A stretch of DNA of 64,000 bases from Patescibacteria group bacterium (GCA_016936175.1 JAFGPN010000016.1:1648-65647), one strand, 5' to 3'. Shown: positions 1 through 8,555, numbered from the stretch's first letter. Notes: generated by a model not told the origin, from the letters alone. Program-made: numbers and translations.

Positions 1-46
1 CCGCGGGCAGGCAAAACCACCGATAGCCCCTCCACCCCCGCCATTT

Positions 47-817
47 ATGCCGCCAAAACCACCTGCTCCGCCAGTTAATACTGCCAAGCGAGTGCTGGAT
101 CTGGTCACCTTGGTGGTAATCGTAGGGTTGATCATCGGCATTATCGCTGTTGCGCGCGGCGGTAGCTCCAACACGCCCAGCCTCGTAAACCAACAAGGCC
201 TAACGGTTACTGGCGAGGGTATGGCCTATGTTACCCCAGATGTAGCTAAGATAGATTTTGGCATTAGCACCGAGGCTAAGAACTTGGCCGACTCGCAAAA
301 ACTAAACAGCGAGTCCATCGCCAGGATTAAAGACGCCCTGCAAACCTACAGCATCGAAGCGAAAGACATCAAAACCCTCTACTACACCATCAACCCAGAA
401 TATAACTACATCCTCAATGGCCGGTCCCCACAACTACGCGGTTACACCACCCGCCACACCGTCCGTATTACCGTACGCAAGTTAGAGGATGCCGATAGCG
501 TGGTTCAGACCTTAGGTAATTCTGGCGCCACCGAGATCAGCCAAGTCCAATTTACGGTGGATGATCCCTCGGACGTTCAAAAAGAAGCTCGCGAAAAAGC
601 TATCGATGCCGCTAAAGAAAAAGCCACCCAACTGGCTAAGCTCAGCGGAGCAAGCCTCGGCCGAATCATCTCAATTAATGAGAACACCCCCAATATCGAC
701 GGTGGTATTGTGCCGCGGTTCTCCGAAGGAATGGGTGGCGGCGGTATAATGCCCGGCTTAGAAGAAGGTAGTATGTCCATCACCTCTAACGTCACCATCA
801 CCTACTCCCTCAACTAA
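47..817 (+). CDS. SIMPL/DUF541-like secreted protein with N-terminal membrane anchor
   Basis: 256-aa ORF with a Pro-rich N-terminus followed by the hydrophobic helix LVTLVVIVGLIIGIIAV. The body resembles the 26-kDa periplasmic immunogenic protein (SIMPL) family by recall. The frame stays open back to nt 2, so the true start may lie outside the window. Confidence 0.5.
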   Translation: MPPKPPAPPVNTAKRVLDLVTLVVIVGLIIGIIAVARGGSSNTPSLVNQQGLTVTGEGMAYVTPDVAKIDFGISTEAKNLADSQKLNSESIARIKDALQTYSIEAKDIKTLYYTINPEYNYILNGRSPQLRGYTTRHTVRITVRKLEDADSVVQTLGNSGATEISQVQFTVDDPSDVQKEAREKAIDAAKEKATQLAKLSGASLGRIISINENTPNIDGGIVPRFSEGMGGGGIMPGLEEGSMSITSNVTITYSLN

Positions 818-822
818 CCCAC

Positions 823-854
823 GTCATCCTGGCTTGCCCAGGATCGTAGATGAC
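823..854. repeat. GTCATCC...GATGAC-bounded palindromic hairpin element (short copy)
   Basis: GTCATCCTGG-cttgc-CCAGGAT-cgta-GATGAC. Inner stem CCTGG/CCAGG and outer stem GTCATC/GATGAC can be read directly. Confidence 0.6.
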
Positions 855-860
855 TAATCC

Positions 861-891
861 CCCGCTCCGACTGCAGTCGGAGCGGGTTTAT
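861..891 (+). terminator. Rho-independent terminator after the SIMPL-like gene
   Basis: Perfect 11-bp stem CCCGCTCCGAC / GTCGGAGCGGG with loop TGCA, followed by TTTAT. Confidence 0.75.
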
Positions 892-960
892 AATCGACAA
901 CGTCGTCCTCGAGCCGGAGGCGGCAACCATCCGACATCGGGGAGTCAGACAAAAACAGAG
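892..960. repeat. About 68-bp intergenic hairpin repeat, copy 1 of 2 (GTCGTCC..CGAGCCGGA...TCCGACATCGGGGA..CAGAC)
   Basis: Aligns by eye along its whole length with 49401-49468. Shared blocks are AATCGAC, GTCGTCC, CGAGCCGGA, TCCGACATCGGGGA, CAGAC and AAACAGA. Confidence 0.7.
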
Positions 961-977
961 CTGTATAATTAAACTAT

Positions 978-3176
978 ATGGCTACCAGGCGCAAAAAATT
1001 AGTGCTGATAGACGGGAACTCCCTTGTCCATAGGGGTTTTCATGCCTTTTCGCGGCTTAACCTCACCTCCCCCACTGGCGAACACACTGGGGCCACCTAC
1101 GGTTTTGCCTTTATTTTGCTAAATATCCTGAATAAACTAAAACCAGATTATATCGCGGTCACCTTTGATACCCAGACCCCCACCTTCCGCCACGAGGAAT
1201 ACAAAGAGTACAAAGCCACCCGTATCAAGGCGCCACAGGAGCTCTACGATCAGATACCTCGCATCCAGGAACTGGTCGAAACCTTTAATATTCCGATGTT
1301 TCTAAAAGATGGGTTCGAGGCCGACGATATTATCGGCACCCTCTCTGCCCAAGCGCCAAAAGACATAGACACCTATATTGCCACCGGCGATATGGATACC
1401 CTCCAGCTGGTAGATAACAACACCTTTGTTTATGCCCCCCGCAAAGGCTTTTCGGATATGCTCATCTTCGATGCCGATACGGTTAAACACCTAAAAGGTC
1501 TCGCTCCCTCCCAGATGATAGATTACAAGGGTTTACGGGGCGACCCTTCGGATAATATTCCGGGTGTGCCCGGCATCGGCGAAAAAGGCGCCCTGCAACT
1601 TTTACAAGAGTTTGGTTCTATCGAGAATCTCTACAAGAATTTAGATAAGGTGCCAAACCGCTATCACAAACTATTAGAGGCCAACCGCGAGATAGCCGAA
1701 CAAAGCAAAAAATTGGCCACCATTATCCGTGATGTTCCAATTAAATTAGATCTTAAGCTGGCGGTGCTAAAAGAATATGACGAGAAAAAAGTGCGCGACC
1801 TCTTTTACAAGCTTGGATTTAATAGTTTAATGAACAAACTGCCAAAATCCACCGCCGAGCAATCTCTGCCCATTAAAGAAACCCCCTCTTCTCCCCCCCT
1901 TGATAAGGGGGGGATGGGGGGGGTTGTTAAAAAAACCATCAAAAATCAGGCGGATAAAATAGATGCGGAGCTCGAGCCAGTGCTTAAACGGATAGAGAGC
2001 GCTGGCGTGTTATTAGATACCAAATGGATAACTAACCTTAATAAAGAAGTTAGCGCTAAGTTGCTAGAGCTTAGTGGCCAGATCTATAAGCATTCGCACC
2101 AGGACTTTAATATCAACTCCCCCAGCCAGTTGGCGACGGTGCTGTTCGAAAAACTGCATCTCCCAACCGAAGGCATCTCCAAAACTAAAACCGGGTATTC
2201 TACTGCCGCCTCGGAGCTAAATAAGCTTAAAGACGCCCACCCCATTATCGAGCCCATCTTGGAATACCGCGAATTAGAAAAACTGCGAAACACCTATTTA
2301 GAAACTCTTCCGGGGTTAGTGGATAAAGACAGCCGGCTACATACCCACTTTGCCCAGAACACCTCGACCGGAAGATTAAGCTCATCCGAACCCAACCTCC
2401 AAAATATTCCCATCAGAACCGAACTGGGCGCCGAAATCCGCAAAGCCTTTATCGCTCCCAAGGGCTATCAACTTATCTCTGCCGATTACTCGCAGGTAGA
2501 GTTGCGGGTGGTCGCCCATATATCGCAGGATAAACGGTTGCTCGAGACCTTCCTCAAAAACGAAGATGTTCACACTGCTACCGCCGCCGAGATAGAAGGC
2601 GTATCGATGGACGAAGTAACCAGCGCTCAGCGGCGTAAGGCCAAGGCAGTTAACTTCGGTTTAATATACGGGATTAGCGCTCACGGATTAGCCGAGGGCA
2701 CCGGGATGAGCTATGGCGAGGCCAAAGATTATATCGAAAAATACTTTGCCCTCCACCCGAGTGTTAAAAAATATATCAAAGATACTATTCTGTTTGCCCA
2801 GCAAAAGGGATTTGTCCAAACCCTACTGGGCCGAAAACGCGAACTGCCAGAAGTTAATTCTAATATCGTTAATGTCCGCTTGGCGGCAGAGCGGATGGCG
2901 ATTAACGCTCCCATCCAAGGCACCGCCGCCGATATTATTAAGCTGGCGATGATAGAGATAGACAAAAACCTTAGCAAAATATCACCCAAGTCTAAGATGG
3001 TCCTGCAGATTCACGACGAACTGCTGTTCGAAGTGCCTGAGGGTGAGATCTCAAAAGCGGCAGACTTCGTAAAAGAGACTATGGAAAACATCTACCCACT
3101 TGATGTACCATTAACTGTTAATATCGAATCCGGCCCAAATTGGGGGGATACGAGGGAACTGTCATTCCGTAGCTAA
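978..3176 (+). CDS. polA: DNA polymerase I: 5'-nuclease plus family-A polymerase, with no 3'-5' exonuclease-like domain
   Basis: 5'-nuclease motifs LVLIDGNSLVHRGFHA and GDPSDNIPGVPGIGEKGA. Polymerase motifs DYSQVELRV (A), RRKAKAVNFGLIYG (B) and QIHDELLFE (C). Only about 40 aa of low-complexity linker lies between the two halves (732 aa total). Confidence 0.9.
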   Translation: MATRRKKLVLIDGNSLVHRGFHAFSRLNLTSPTGEHTGATYGFAFILLNILNKLKPDYIAVTFDTQTPTFRHEEYKEYKATRIKAPQELYDQIPRIQELVETFNIPMFLKDGFEADDIIGTLSAQAPKDIDTYIATGDMDTLQLVDNNTFVYAPRKGFSDMLIFDADTVKHLKGLAPSQMIDYKGLRGDPSDNIPGVPGIGEKGALQLLQEFGSIENLYKNLDKVPNRYHKLLEANREIAEQSKKLATIIRDVPIKLDLKLAVLKEYDEKKVRDLFYKLGFNSLMNKLPKSTAEQSLPIKETPSSPPLDKGGMGGVVKKTIKNQADKIDAELEPVLKRIESAGVLLDTKWITNLNKEVSAKLLELSGQIYKHSHQDFNINSPSQLATVLFEKLHLPTEGISKTKTGYSTAASELNKLKDAHPIIEPILEYRELEKLRNTYLETLPGLVDKDSRLHTHFAQNTSTGRLSSSEPNLQNIPIRTELGAEIRKAFIAPKGYQLISADYSQVELRVVAHISQDKRLLETFLKNEDVHTATAAEIEGVSMDEVTSAQRRKAKAVNFGLIYGISAHGLAEGTGMSYGEAKDYIEKYFALHPSVKKYIKDTILFAQQKGFVQTLLGRKRELPEVNSNIVNVRLAAERMAINAPIQGTAADIIKLAMIEIDKNLSKISPKSKMVLQIHDELLFEVPEGEISKAADFVKETMENIYPLDVPLTVNIESGPNWGDTRELSFRS

Positions 3177-3220
3177 ACTATTCTGAAGCTTTAGCGGAAG
3201 ATGGTAAAGCGTAGGATGAC
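3161..3220. repeat. GTCATTCC...GGATGAC-bounded element overlapping the polA stop codon
   Basis: GTCATTCCGTAGCTAAACT...GCGTAGGATGAC, with termini GTCAT / ATGAC inverted. The polA stop TAA (3174-3176) lies inside it. Confidence 0.45.
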
Positions 3221-3303
3221 CCCTCCTGGGGCACCACCAAAAATATTCAATACCCAAAGTAGAAACAGTTATGCGAGGGCTGAGCACGTCAAGGAGGCTG
3301 GTT

Positions 3304-4359
3304 TTACTCTCGATTGTTAAATATCCCTATCTCTTGTTCATAGATTACTTCGATGCCCTGGGCAACAACATCAGAACCAACGAACTGGCTGAAATCGTTT
3401 TTATCCACCCTCATATTGCCCCCTTTTGATAGCGCAATAACGCCGATATAAAACGGGTTGTTGGGACTACTGTTAATGTTCCGCCTCCCATCAAATCCCA
3501 AAGTGGAAAAGATATTGTCCTCCACTAACACCCTACCGCCCCCAGAGGTTCCGGTGACTCTCACACCCATAACCCTTACCCCGTGACGAGAAATGGGCGG
3601 ATATGTATTACTGGATTCCGTCGGAAAAACAAATTCATTTTTAAAGATATGAATTAACCCACTATCCTGTGCAGTAGTACTAATTGCTACGTTGGCATGT
3701 TGGTTTTCGGCCCAGAGTCTCGATATCACAAAAGTATTTTTTTCAAAGGACACCTGAGAACCTATATCCGAAGTCGCTCCAAAACTCAAAACGTTACCGT
3801 CAGATGGATAATTGTTAACAAAATGATTCCCAGTTGCTTGTATGGACGCACCCTGCCTGGCATCAAGTACAAATTGCACATTCTGGAAATCAAACCCACT
3901 AACCAGGATAGATGCACTCTGTCTCCCGCCAAAAGTCAACGACGTCTGGGGATGGGCATCGGGGGGGAGAATAGTAGTTAGGCCAGGTAGATTGCCCCTG
4001 CCCACCACAACCCTTTCTCCATCATAAAATCCCAACATTCGGGTGCTGTTTATATCGACATCGGTAAGATGGTACTCCTCGCCGTCAACAATAACCTGAG
4101 CAGGCTCAGCTTCTGGGCTGTAGAATTCACTCACCAAGGCAAAGGCTCTACTAAAACTGCGCACTGGTGAATCATGAGAACCATCATTCTGATCGTCGCC
4201 CTGGTCAGATAAAAATACGGTTTGCGAAGTATCCACCTGCGGCAACGTAAACGCTGAGCTACCTGGTATGTCCTGTGATACGTACCAGGCAATACCACCC
4301 AGCACAATCAAAACTGCTACAATGGCTGCGACTTTTTCAAATGTATTCCAGTTTTTCAT
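3304..4359 (-). CDS. Hypothetical membrane-anchored or secreted protein, possibly a right-handed beta-helix
   Basis: N-terminal hydrophobic helix VAAIVAVLIVLGGIAWYV. The segment DQGDDQNDGSHDSPVRSFSRAFALV resembles the start of pectate-lyase-like beta-helix proteins, and short N/G-rich strands repeat through the body. Recall-based call. Confidence 0.4.
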   Translation of the reverse strand: MKNWNTFEKVAAIVAVLIVLGGIAWYVSQDIPGSSAFTLPQVDTSQTVFLSDQGDDQNDGSHDSPVRSFSRAFALVSEFYSPEAEPAQVIVDGEEYHLTDVDINSTRMLGFYDGERVVVGRGNLPGLTTILPPDAHPQTSLTFGGRQSASILVSGFDFQNVQFVLDARQGASIQATGNHFVNNYPSDGNVLSFGATSDIGSQVSFEKNTFVISRLWAENQHANVAISTTAQDSGLIHIFKNEFVFPTESSNTYPPISRHGVRVMGVRVTGTSGGGRVLVEDNIFSTLGFDGRRNINSSPNNPFYIGVIALSKGGNMRVDKNDFSQFVGSDVVAQGIEVIYEQEIGIFNNRE

Positions 4360-4405
4360 GATAAATTAGATTAGGACTATACCAAACATCTACAGTATAA
4401 CGCAT

Positions 4406-5389
4406 ATGCCTGAACTCCCCGAAGTAGAAACAGTTGTAAGAGGTCTCTCCCGACACATCGTCGGGCAGAGAGTTAAGCATATCCACATTCCAGCCAAAAA
4501 TAGTTTTAAAGGCACAGCCAAAAAGGCAGAGGGTCTTTCGATAAAAAAGATAACCCGCCGAGGCAAGGGCATTATTATTGAGCTTGCGAAACCCGGCGTA
4601 GCTCGAAAGAGCGAAGACGGATCGAATTCCTTGTCTCTACTCATCCATCTAAAGATGACTGGGCAATTGATATATGTTCCCGCCTCTCGTCATGCTGAAT
4701 TTAGTTCAGCATCTAAAAGCAAGATCCTGAAACGAGTTCAGGATGACGGTAGATTGAACTTTGGCCACCCCACCGATGATTTTACTAACACCATGCCATC
4801 CAAGCACACCCGAGTCATTTTTGAACTAACCCCTACCCGCTTACCCGCTCACTCGCTTACCCGCTCTTCTAACTTTTTGTATTTTAATGACCAGCGCCGG
4901 TTCGGTTGGGTAAAGCTGACCCCAACCAAAGATGTGCCAAAAGATAAGTTCTTCGCAGGATTGGGGCTAGAGCCTCTCGATAAAAAATTCACTCCCACCT
5001 TTTTATACGATGCCATCAAGCGTCGGCCCAAAAGCAACATCAAAGCCATCATCTTAGACCAAACATTGATTACCGGTTTGGGCAATATCTATTCCAACGA
5101 GGCATTATTCTATGCCCGCATCCTTCCTACTCGCCTGGGCAAAACTATCAAAAAGCCGGAGGCCACCAAGCTCCACTCCGCCATCCAAAAGGTGCTACGC
5201 CTCGGCATCAAACACTCCGGCACCAGCATCGCTAACTATCGTAGCGCCGAGGGGGCGCTGGGCAATATGCAGAAATACTTAACTGTGTACGGTCGCAAAG
5301 GCCTCCCCTGCCACGGGTGTAAAGGCACTGTTAAAGCCATCCACCTCAACGGCCGAAGCGCTTACTTCTGCCCCTCCTGTCAAAAATAA
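4406..5389 (+). CDS. mutM: Formamidopyrimidine-DNA glycosylase (Fpg/Nei family) with internal insertions
   Basis: Starts MPELPEVE (catalytic Pro2/Glu3), has H2TH segment GLGNIYSNEALF and C-terminal zinc finger CHGCKGTV...CPSCQK. It is 327 aa against about 270 aa for typical Fpg. Confidence 0.85.
   Translation: MPELPEVETVVRGLSRHIVGQRVKHIHIPAKNSFKGTAKKAEGLSIKKITRRGKGIIIELAKPGVARKSEDGSNSLSLLIHLKMTGQLIYVPASRHAEFSSASKSKILKRVQDDGRLNFGHPTDDFTNTMPSKHTRVIFELTPTRLPAHSLTRSSNFLYFNDQRRFGWVKLTPTKDVPKDKFFAGLGLEPLDKKFTPTFLYDAIKRRPKSNIKAIILDQTLITGLGNIYSNEALFYARILPTRLGKTIKKPEATKLHSAIQKVLRLGIKHSGTSIANYRSAEGALGNMQKYLTVYGRKGLPCHGCKGTVKAIHLNGRSAYFCPSCQK
4689..4747. repeat. GTCAT...ATGAC-bounded double-hairpin element inside the fpg coding sequence
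   Basis: Hairpins ATGCTGAA-tttag-TTCAGCAT (4692-4712) and ATCCTGAA-acgag-TTCAGGAT (4724-4744), bracketed by GTCAT/ATGAC. It translates as ...HAEFSSASKSKILKRVQDDG... Confidence 0.55.
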
Positions 5390-5408
5390 TTCCGAGCTTG
5401 TCGAGGGA

Positions 5409-6191
5409 CTAAAATGATTCGCTTTCGCAGGCTCTCTGCTGAGCCTGTTCTTGGGATATTTTGCTGGCAGGTGGCTGCCATTTAGATAGACCCGCTGGCG
5501 AAGAAATATTTAATGAGTAGAACCCATCGTTGTTGAGCCACCAGTTAAAGCACGGTCCGGGAGAATTTTCCGGGTAATCTTTGTGGAGAATCAACTTATC
5601 GCCATAAGTAGCGATGATCTCATAGAAAGCAGCTGGGTAAAAACCGCCCGTAGATGCTTTTGATGATGTGTTTTTGTTTTCAAACAGCTTGCTTAGAACA
5701 CGACTACTGCTATCAAAAGCATAGATTCTGCTCGTAATCGGCCCTTCTGCCTCTATGGCGCTCCCGTACCCTTCGACACTCGTAAATAAGAGCACACCAC
5801 CATCTAGGGGGCTCTTCGCGATTACATCATCCCAAATGGCTTCCTGATCCATTTGCGGCTCGTAGGAGGTCGCCCCACTTTCCGCCCGTCGAAGCTCGCG
5901 ATCAAGTTGCAACGACTGAGCTCGTGTCATAGGCAACCCCAATCTCTTATCTGCACTATCCTTAAAATAGCTAACCCTCTCTCCCTCGTAAGTCATTTGG
6001 GCAATGTTTATATCCATAGTGTCATTGCCCCAAAGATCCACCAACGTAGCGGGTTGTGGTGCGGCAGTCGTAGCGTCGTCCGATTCTTTCTCGAAAGACA
6101 GAGAGGGCGCAGCCGAGCGACCCAGATAATAACTACCAAAACCAATCCCACCCAACACCACCAAACCTATCAACCAATAAAGATACTTCAT
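5409..6191 (-). CDS. Hypothetical membrane-anchored or secreted protein
   Basis: 260-aa ORF with N-terminal helix YLYWLIGLVVLGGIGFGSYYL. No motif recognised. Confidence 0.5.
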   Translation of the reverse strand: MKYLYWLIGLVVLGGIGFGSYYLGRSAAPSLSFEKESDDATTAAPQPATLVDLWGNDTMDINIAQMTYEGERVSYFKDSADKRLGLPMTRAQSLQLDRELRRAESGATSYEPQMDQEAIWDDVIAKSPLDGGVLLFTSVEGYGSAIEAEGPITSRIYAFDSSSRVLSKLFENKNTSSKASTGGFYPAAFYEIIATYGDKLILHKDYPENSPGPCFNWWLNNDGFYSLNISSPAGLSKWQPPASKISQEQAQQRACESESF

Positions 6192-6218
6192 AATTAAAAA
6201 TTACGGATAACTACCCAT

Positions 6219-6224
6219 ATTATA
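6219..6224 (-). promoter_or_regulatory. Candidate -10 box (TATAAT on minus strand) upstream of 5409..6191
   Basis: Plus-strand ATTATA at 6219-6224 is a perfect TATAAT on the minus strand, about 28 nt upstream of the ATG. No convincing -35. Confidence 0.35.
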
Positions 6225-6250
6225 CTCCCCCCTAAATTGACTCCTACAAA

Positions 6251-6285
6251 TAAAAAACCGCCAACCCCCTTAGAGGTCAGCGGTG
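6251..6285 (-). terminator. Rho-independent terminator of the GC-rich orphan gene
   Basis: Minus strand reads ACCGCTGACCTC-taa-GGGGTTGGCGGT followed by TTTTTTA. Confidence 0.6.
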
Positions 6286-6306
6286 TGAGACCAGAGCATG
6301 CTCCAG

Positions 6307-6837
6307 CTACATGTCGGTAAAAGCCAGCCAGGAGATCTCCTGGCCATCCCCGCCGCGGAGACGATAGTGATCCGGAATCCCCTCGACCCCACAGGGATTG
6401 TCATCGTGAACCGCAGTCACACCCATGCCCCATGCCAGATTTTGGTCCAGGATGGGGGCAAAAGTAACGTCTTGCGACACGATCAGGATAGGGGTTTCTG
6501 GTAACCGCGAGACGCAGTTGGCCAGCGAGCACGTCTCCGGCAAAGCGCAGAGGCGGAGACCCATCGCTTGGGCATATCCCGCGGCTGCCCGCACCAGATC
6601 ACCGACCCGAACGTCTCCGGGCGCCTTGACGAGGGTCACGGTGATACTTCGAGGCGAAGATGACACTTCGCCCTCGCCTTTTGTTGACAGCTGGTCTTGG
6701 TCTTGAGGTTGGAACGGCAATGGAAACGGGCGCACTCCCGCCTCATAAGCCTGTTGCAAACTCTCAAAAACCTCAACCCCTTCAATGTGGCACGATCTCT
6801 GCCCCTGTAAGACATCAGTTTTTACTGGATCGCTCAT
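6307..6837 (-). CDS. Hypothetical protein; visibly GC-richer orphan
   Basis: 176-aa ORF preceded by AGGAG about 9 nt upstream of the ATG and followed by its own terminator. No recognisable motif. Overlapping alternative-frame ORFs are typical of GC-rich coding DNA. Confidence 0.55.
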   Translation of the reverse strand: MSDPVKTDVLQGQRSCHIEGVEVFESLQQAYEAGVRPFPLPFQPQDQDQLSTKGEGEVSSSPRSITVTLVKAPGDVRVGDLVRAAAGYAQAMGLRLCALPETCSLANCVSRLPETPILIVSQDVTFAPILDQNLAWGMGVTAVHDDNPCGVEGIPDHYRLRGGDGQEISWLAFTDM

Positions 6838-7055
6838 AACACAGACTCCTGTGAAAACAGTAGGGCAACCCGATCACTGTTAGTGACTCGGGGTGGCAGG
6901 CAGGGCCGATCCGCTAATTGGACCAAAAAAATCTCCATCTGCCAAATATGTCAAAGCTGTTCTTGCTGTTATTAAGAGGCACTGATTGCCCGGCCCCACC
7001 CTACCACGATCCAATGGAACCGTCAAGAGAAAACCCGCTCTGGGAGCACAGAACA

Positions 7056-7352
7056 TCAGACTATGTAGCGGACGGACTTAACCAAATCTTCACCTAATGC
7101 CTGGTTAATCAAGCGAGTGATTTTTCGTTGCCGGGAACGGATGTCGGTTAGGTAAGTCGTATCCGACACCGAGATGGTTAGCACTCCATCCCGGAAGTTT
7201 ATCGGCTCGTGCGCCTGCATCGCCCTGCTTAATAAAAACTTGGCAGCATACTCTTGCCATAATTTACACACCTGCCCGCTATCGACCGCGGCAGTTTGCG
7301 AGATGTTTTTGGCGTCCCGCGGGATGCTATCGGCTATCTTTTGCCAGTTCAT
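7056..7352 (-). CDS. dciA: DUF721 / DciA-like protein (putative replicative helicase operator)
   Basis: 98 aa, directly downstream of dnaA-dnaN-recF. The pattern W...F.DGVLTISVSDTTYLTDIR.....I...IN fits DUF721 by recall. Confidence 0.6.
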   Translation of the reverse strand: MNWQKIADSIPRDAKNISQTAAVDSGQVCKLWQEYAAKFLLSRAMQAHEPINFRDGVLTISVSDTTYLTDIRSRQRKITRLINQALGEDLVKSVRYIV

Positions 7353-7436
7353 AACAATAAGAGAAAATGTCTAATTACTAATGACTAATGTCTAACTAAG
7401 TCCCAATAACCAAAATTTGATATTATGGCTTGGTAA

Positions 7437-8555
7437 TTATTTAGAAATTAGAAATTCGTCATTAGAAATTGCCCCCGATATAACGCCGGCCTCAACGTTT
7501 AGCACATTAGCGTCTTTGGATATCTTGTGGCGATCGGTAGTAGTAATTATTATCTGGGCATCTTCTAAAAAATTGATCACCCGCTTACTATTGCCTTCGT
7601 CTAATTCCGAGAAGATATCGTCTAATAGATATATCGGCGACTCTTGGAGTTGTTTTTTAATATACTCTCCTTCTGCCAACCTAAGAGCCACCATTATTAA
7701 TCTAAACTCGCCTTGTGAGGCAACCTGCCGCGCGTCTAGGTCGTTTAACAAAAACACTAGATCATCTCGATGCGGCCCAAAGGTGGTATGGCCGTATCGG
7801 ATATCCTCATCTCGGTTCTTTATCAATCGGCTAATATATTGTTCTGGCCCAATTACTCCAGCATCGGTTTGGTAAACCACCCGAAGGCGCGCATCAACCT
7901 GGCCAGTAATCTGGGAATAAATTGGACCCACCCAAACCCCAAGCGCATCTATTAGCGCCTGTCGTTTTTTAATTATTTGAGAGCCCAATACCGACATCCG
8001 ATCATCCCAGGGGCTTAGCTCTTTTACATCGGCCTGATGACGCCTGACCAAAGTCAATAACTGGTTGCGTTGTTTTAATGCTTTGGCGTAAGCCATCAAA
8101 TCGTCGTAGTAGGTGGGGTCTACTTTAGCGATAAGGTGGTTCATAAATGCCCGACGAGTCACTGGTTGCAATCGCATTAGGCTAACGTTATCGGGCGCGA
8201 ACAACACCATTAAAAAACTACCCAAAAAATCCGCTTTACTGACCTTAGCGTTATCTAACCTAAAGTTTTTGGTAACCCCCACCTCGTCGCGTTCTAATAC
8301 AACATTGGCCACCCGAGGATTGCCGTTATCTAATTCGAAGCTGGCCTCAATACGAGCAAACAGTTCGCCAGTTTTGATCGCCCAGGCTTCCTTAGAACTG
8401 CGAAAAGAATCCCCAGCCGAGAGATAGTAGAGTGCCTCTAACACATTGGTCTTGCCTTGCCCGTTATCTCCCACCAAAAAATTATTTTTACCAAAACTAA
8501 TCTCAGCATTAGAGATGTTGCGAAAGTTAATCAGTGTTAGAGAGGTGCACTTCAT
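7437..8555 (-). CDS. recF: DNA replication and repair protein RecF
   Basis: Walker A GDNGQGKTNVLEA, C-terminal LLDDIFSELD, and position after dnaN. Confidence 0.9.
   Translation of the reverse strand: MKCTSLTLINFRNISNAEISFGKNNFLVGDNGQGKTNVLEALYYLSAGDSFRSSKEAWAIKTGELFARIEASFELDNGNPRVANVVLERDEVGVTKNFRLDNAKVSKADFLGSFLMVLFAPDNVSLMRLQPVTRRAFMNHLIAKVDPTYYDDLMAYAKALKQRNQLLTLVRRHQADVKELSPWDDRMSVLGSQIIKKRQALIDALGVWVGPIYSQITGQVDARLRVVYQTDAGVIGPEQYISRLIKNRDEDIRYGHTTFGPHRDDLVFLLNDLDARQVASQGEFRLIMVALRLAEGEYIKKQLQESPIYLLDDIFSELDEGNSKRVINFLEDAQIIITTTDRHKISKDANVLNVEAGVISGAISNDEFLISK

Noticed and set aside
7441-7470. Three copies of TTAGAAATT (one as TTAGAAATTCG, identical to the LIR arm extension) at the 3' end of recF
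   Set aside because: They lie inside the recF coding sequence (..AISNDEFLISK). They lack the CCCC prefix and any complementary partner nearby. Probably coincidental AT-rich codon repetition.
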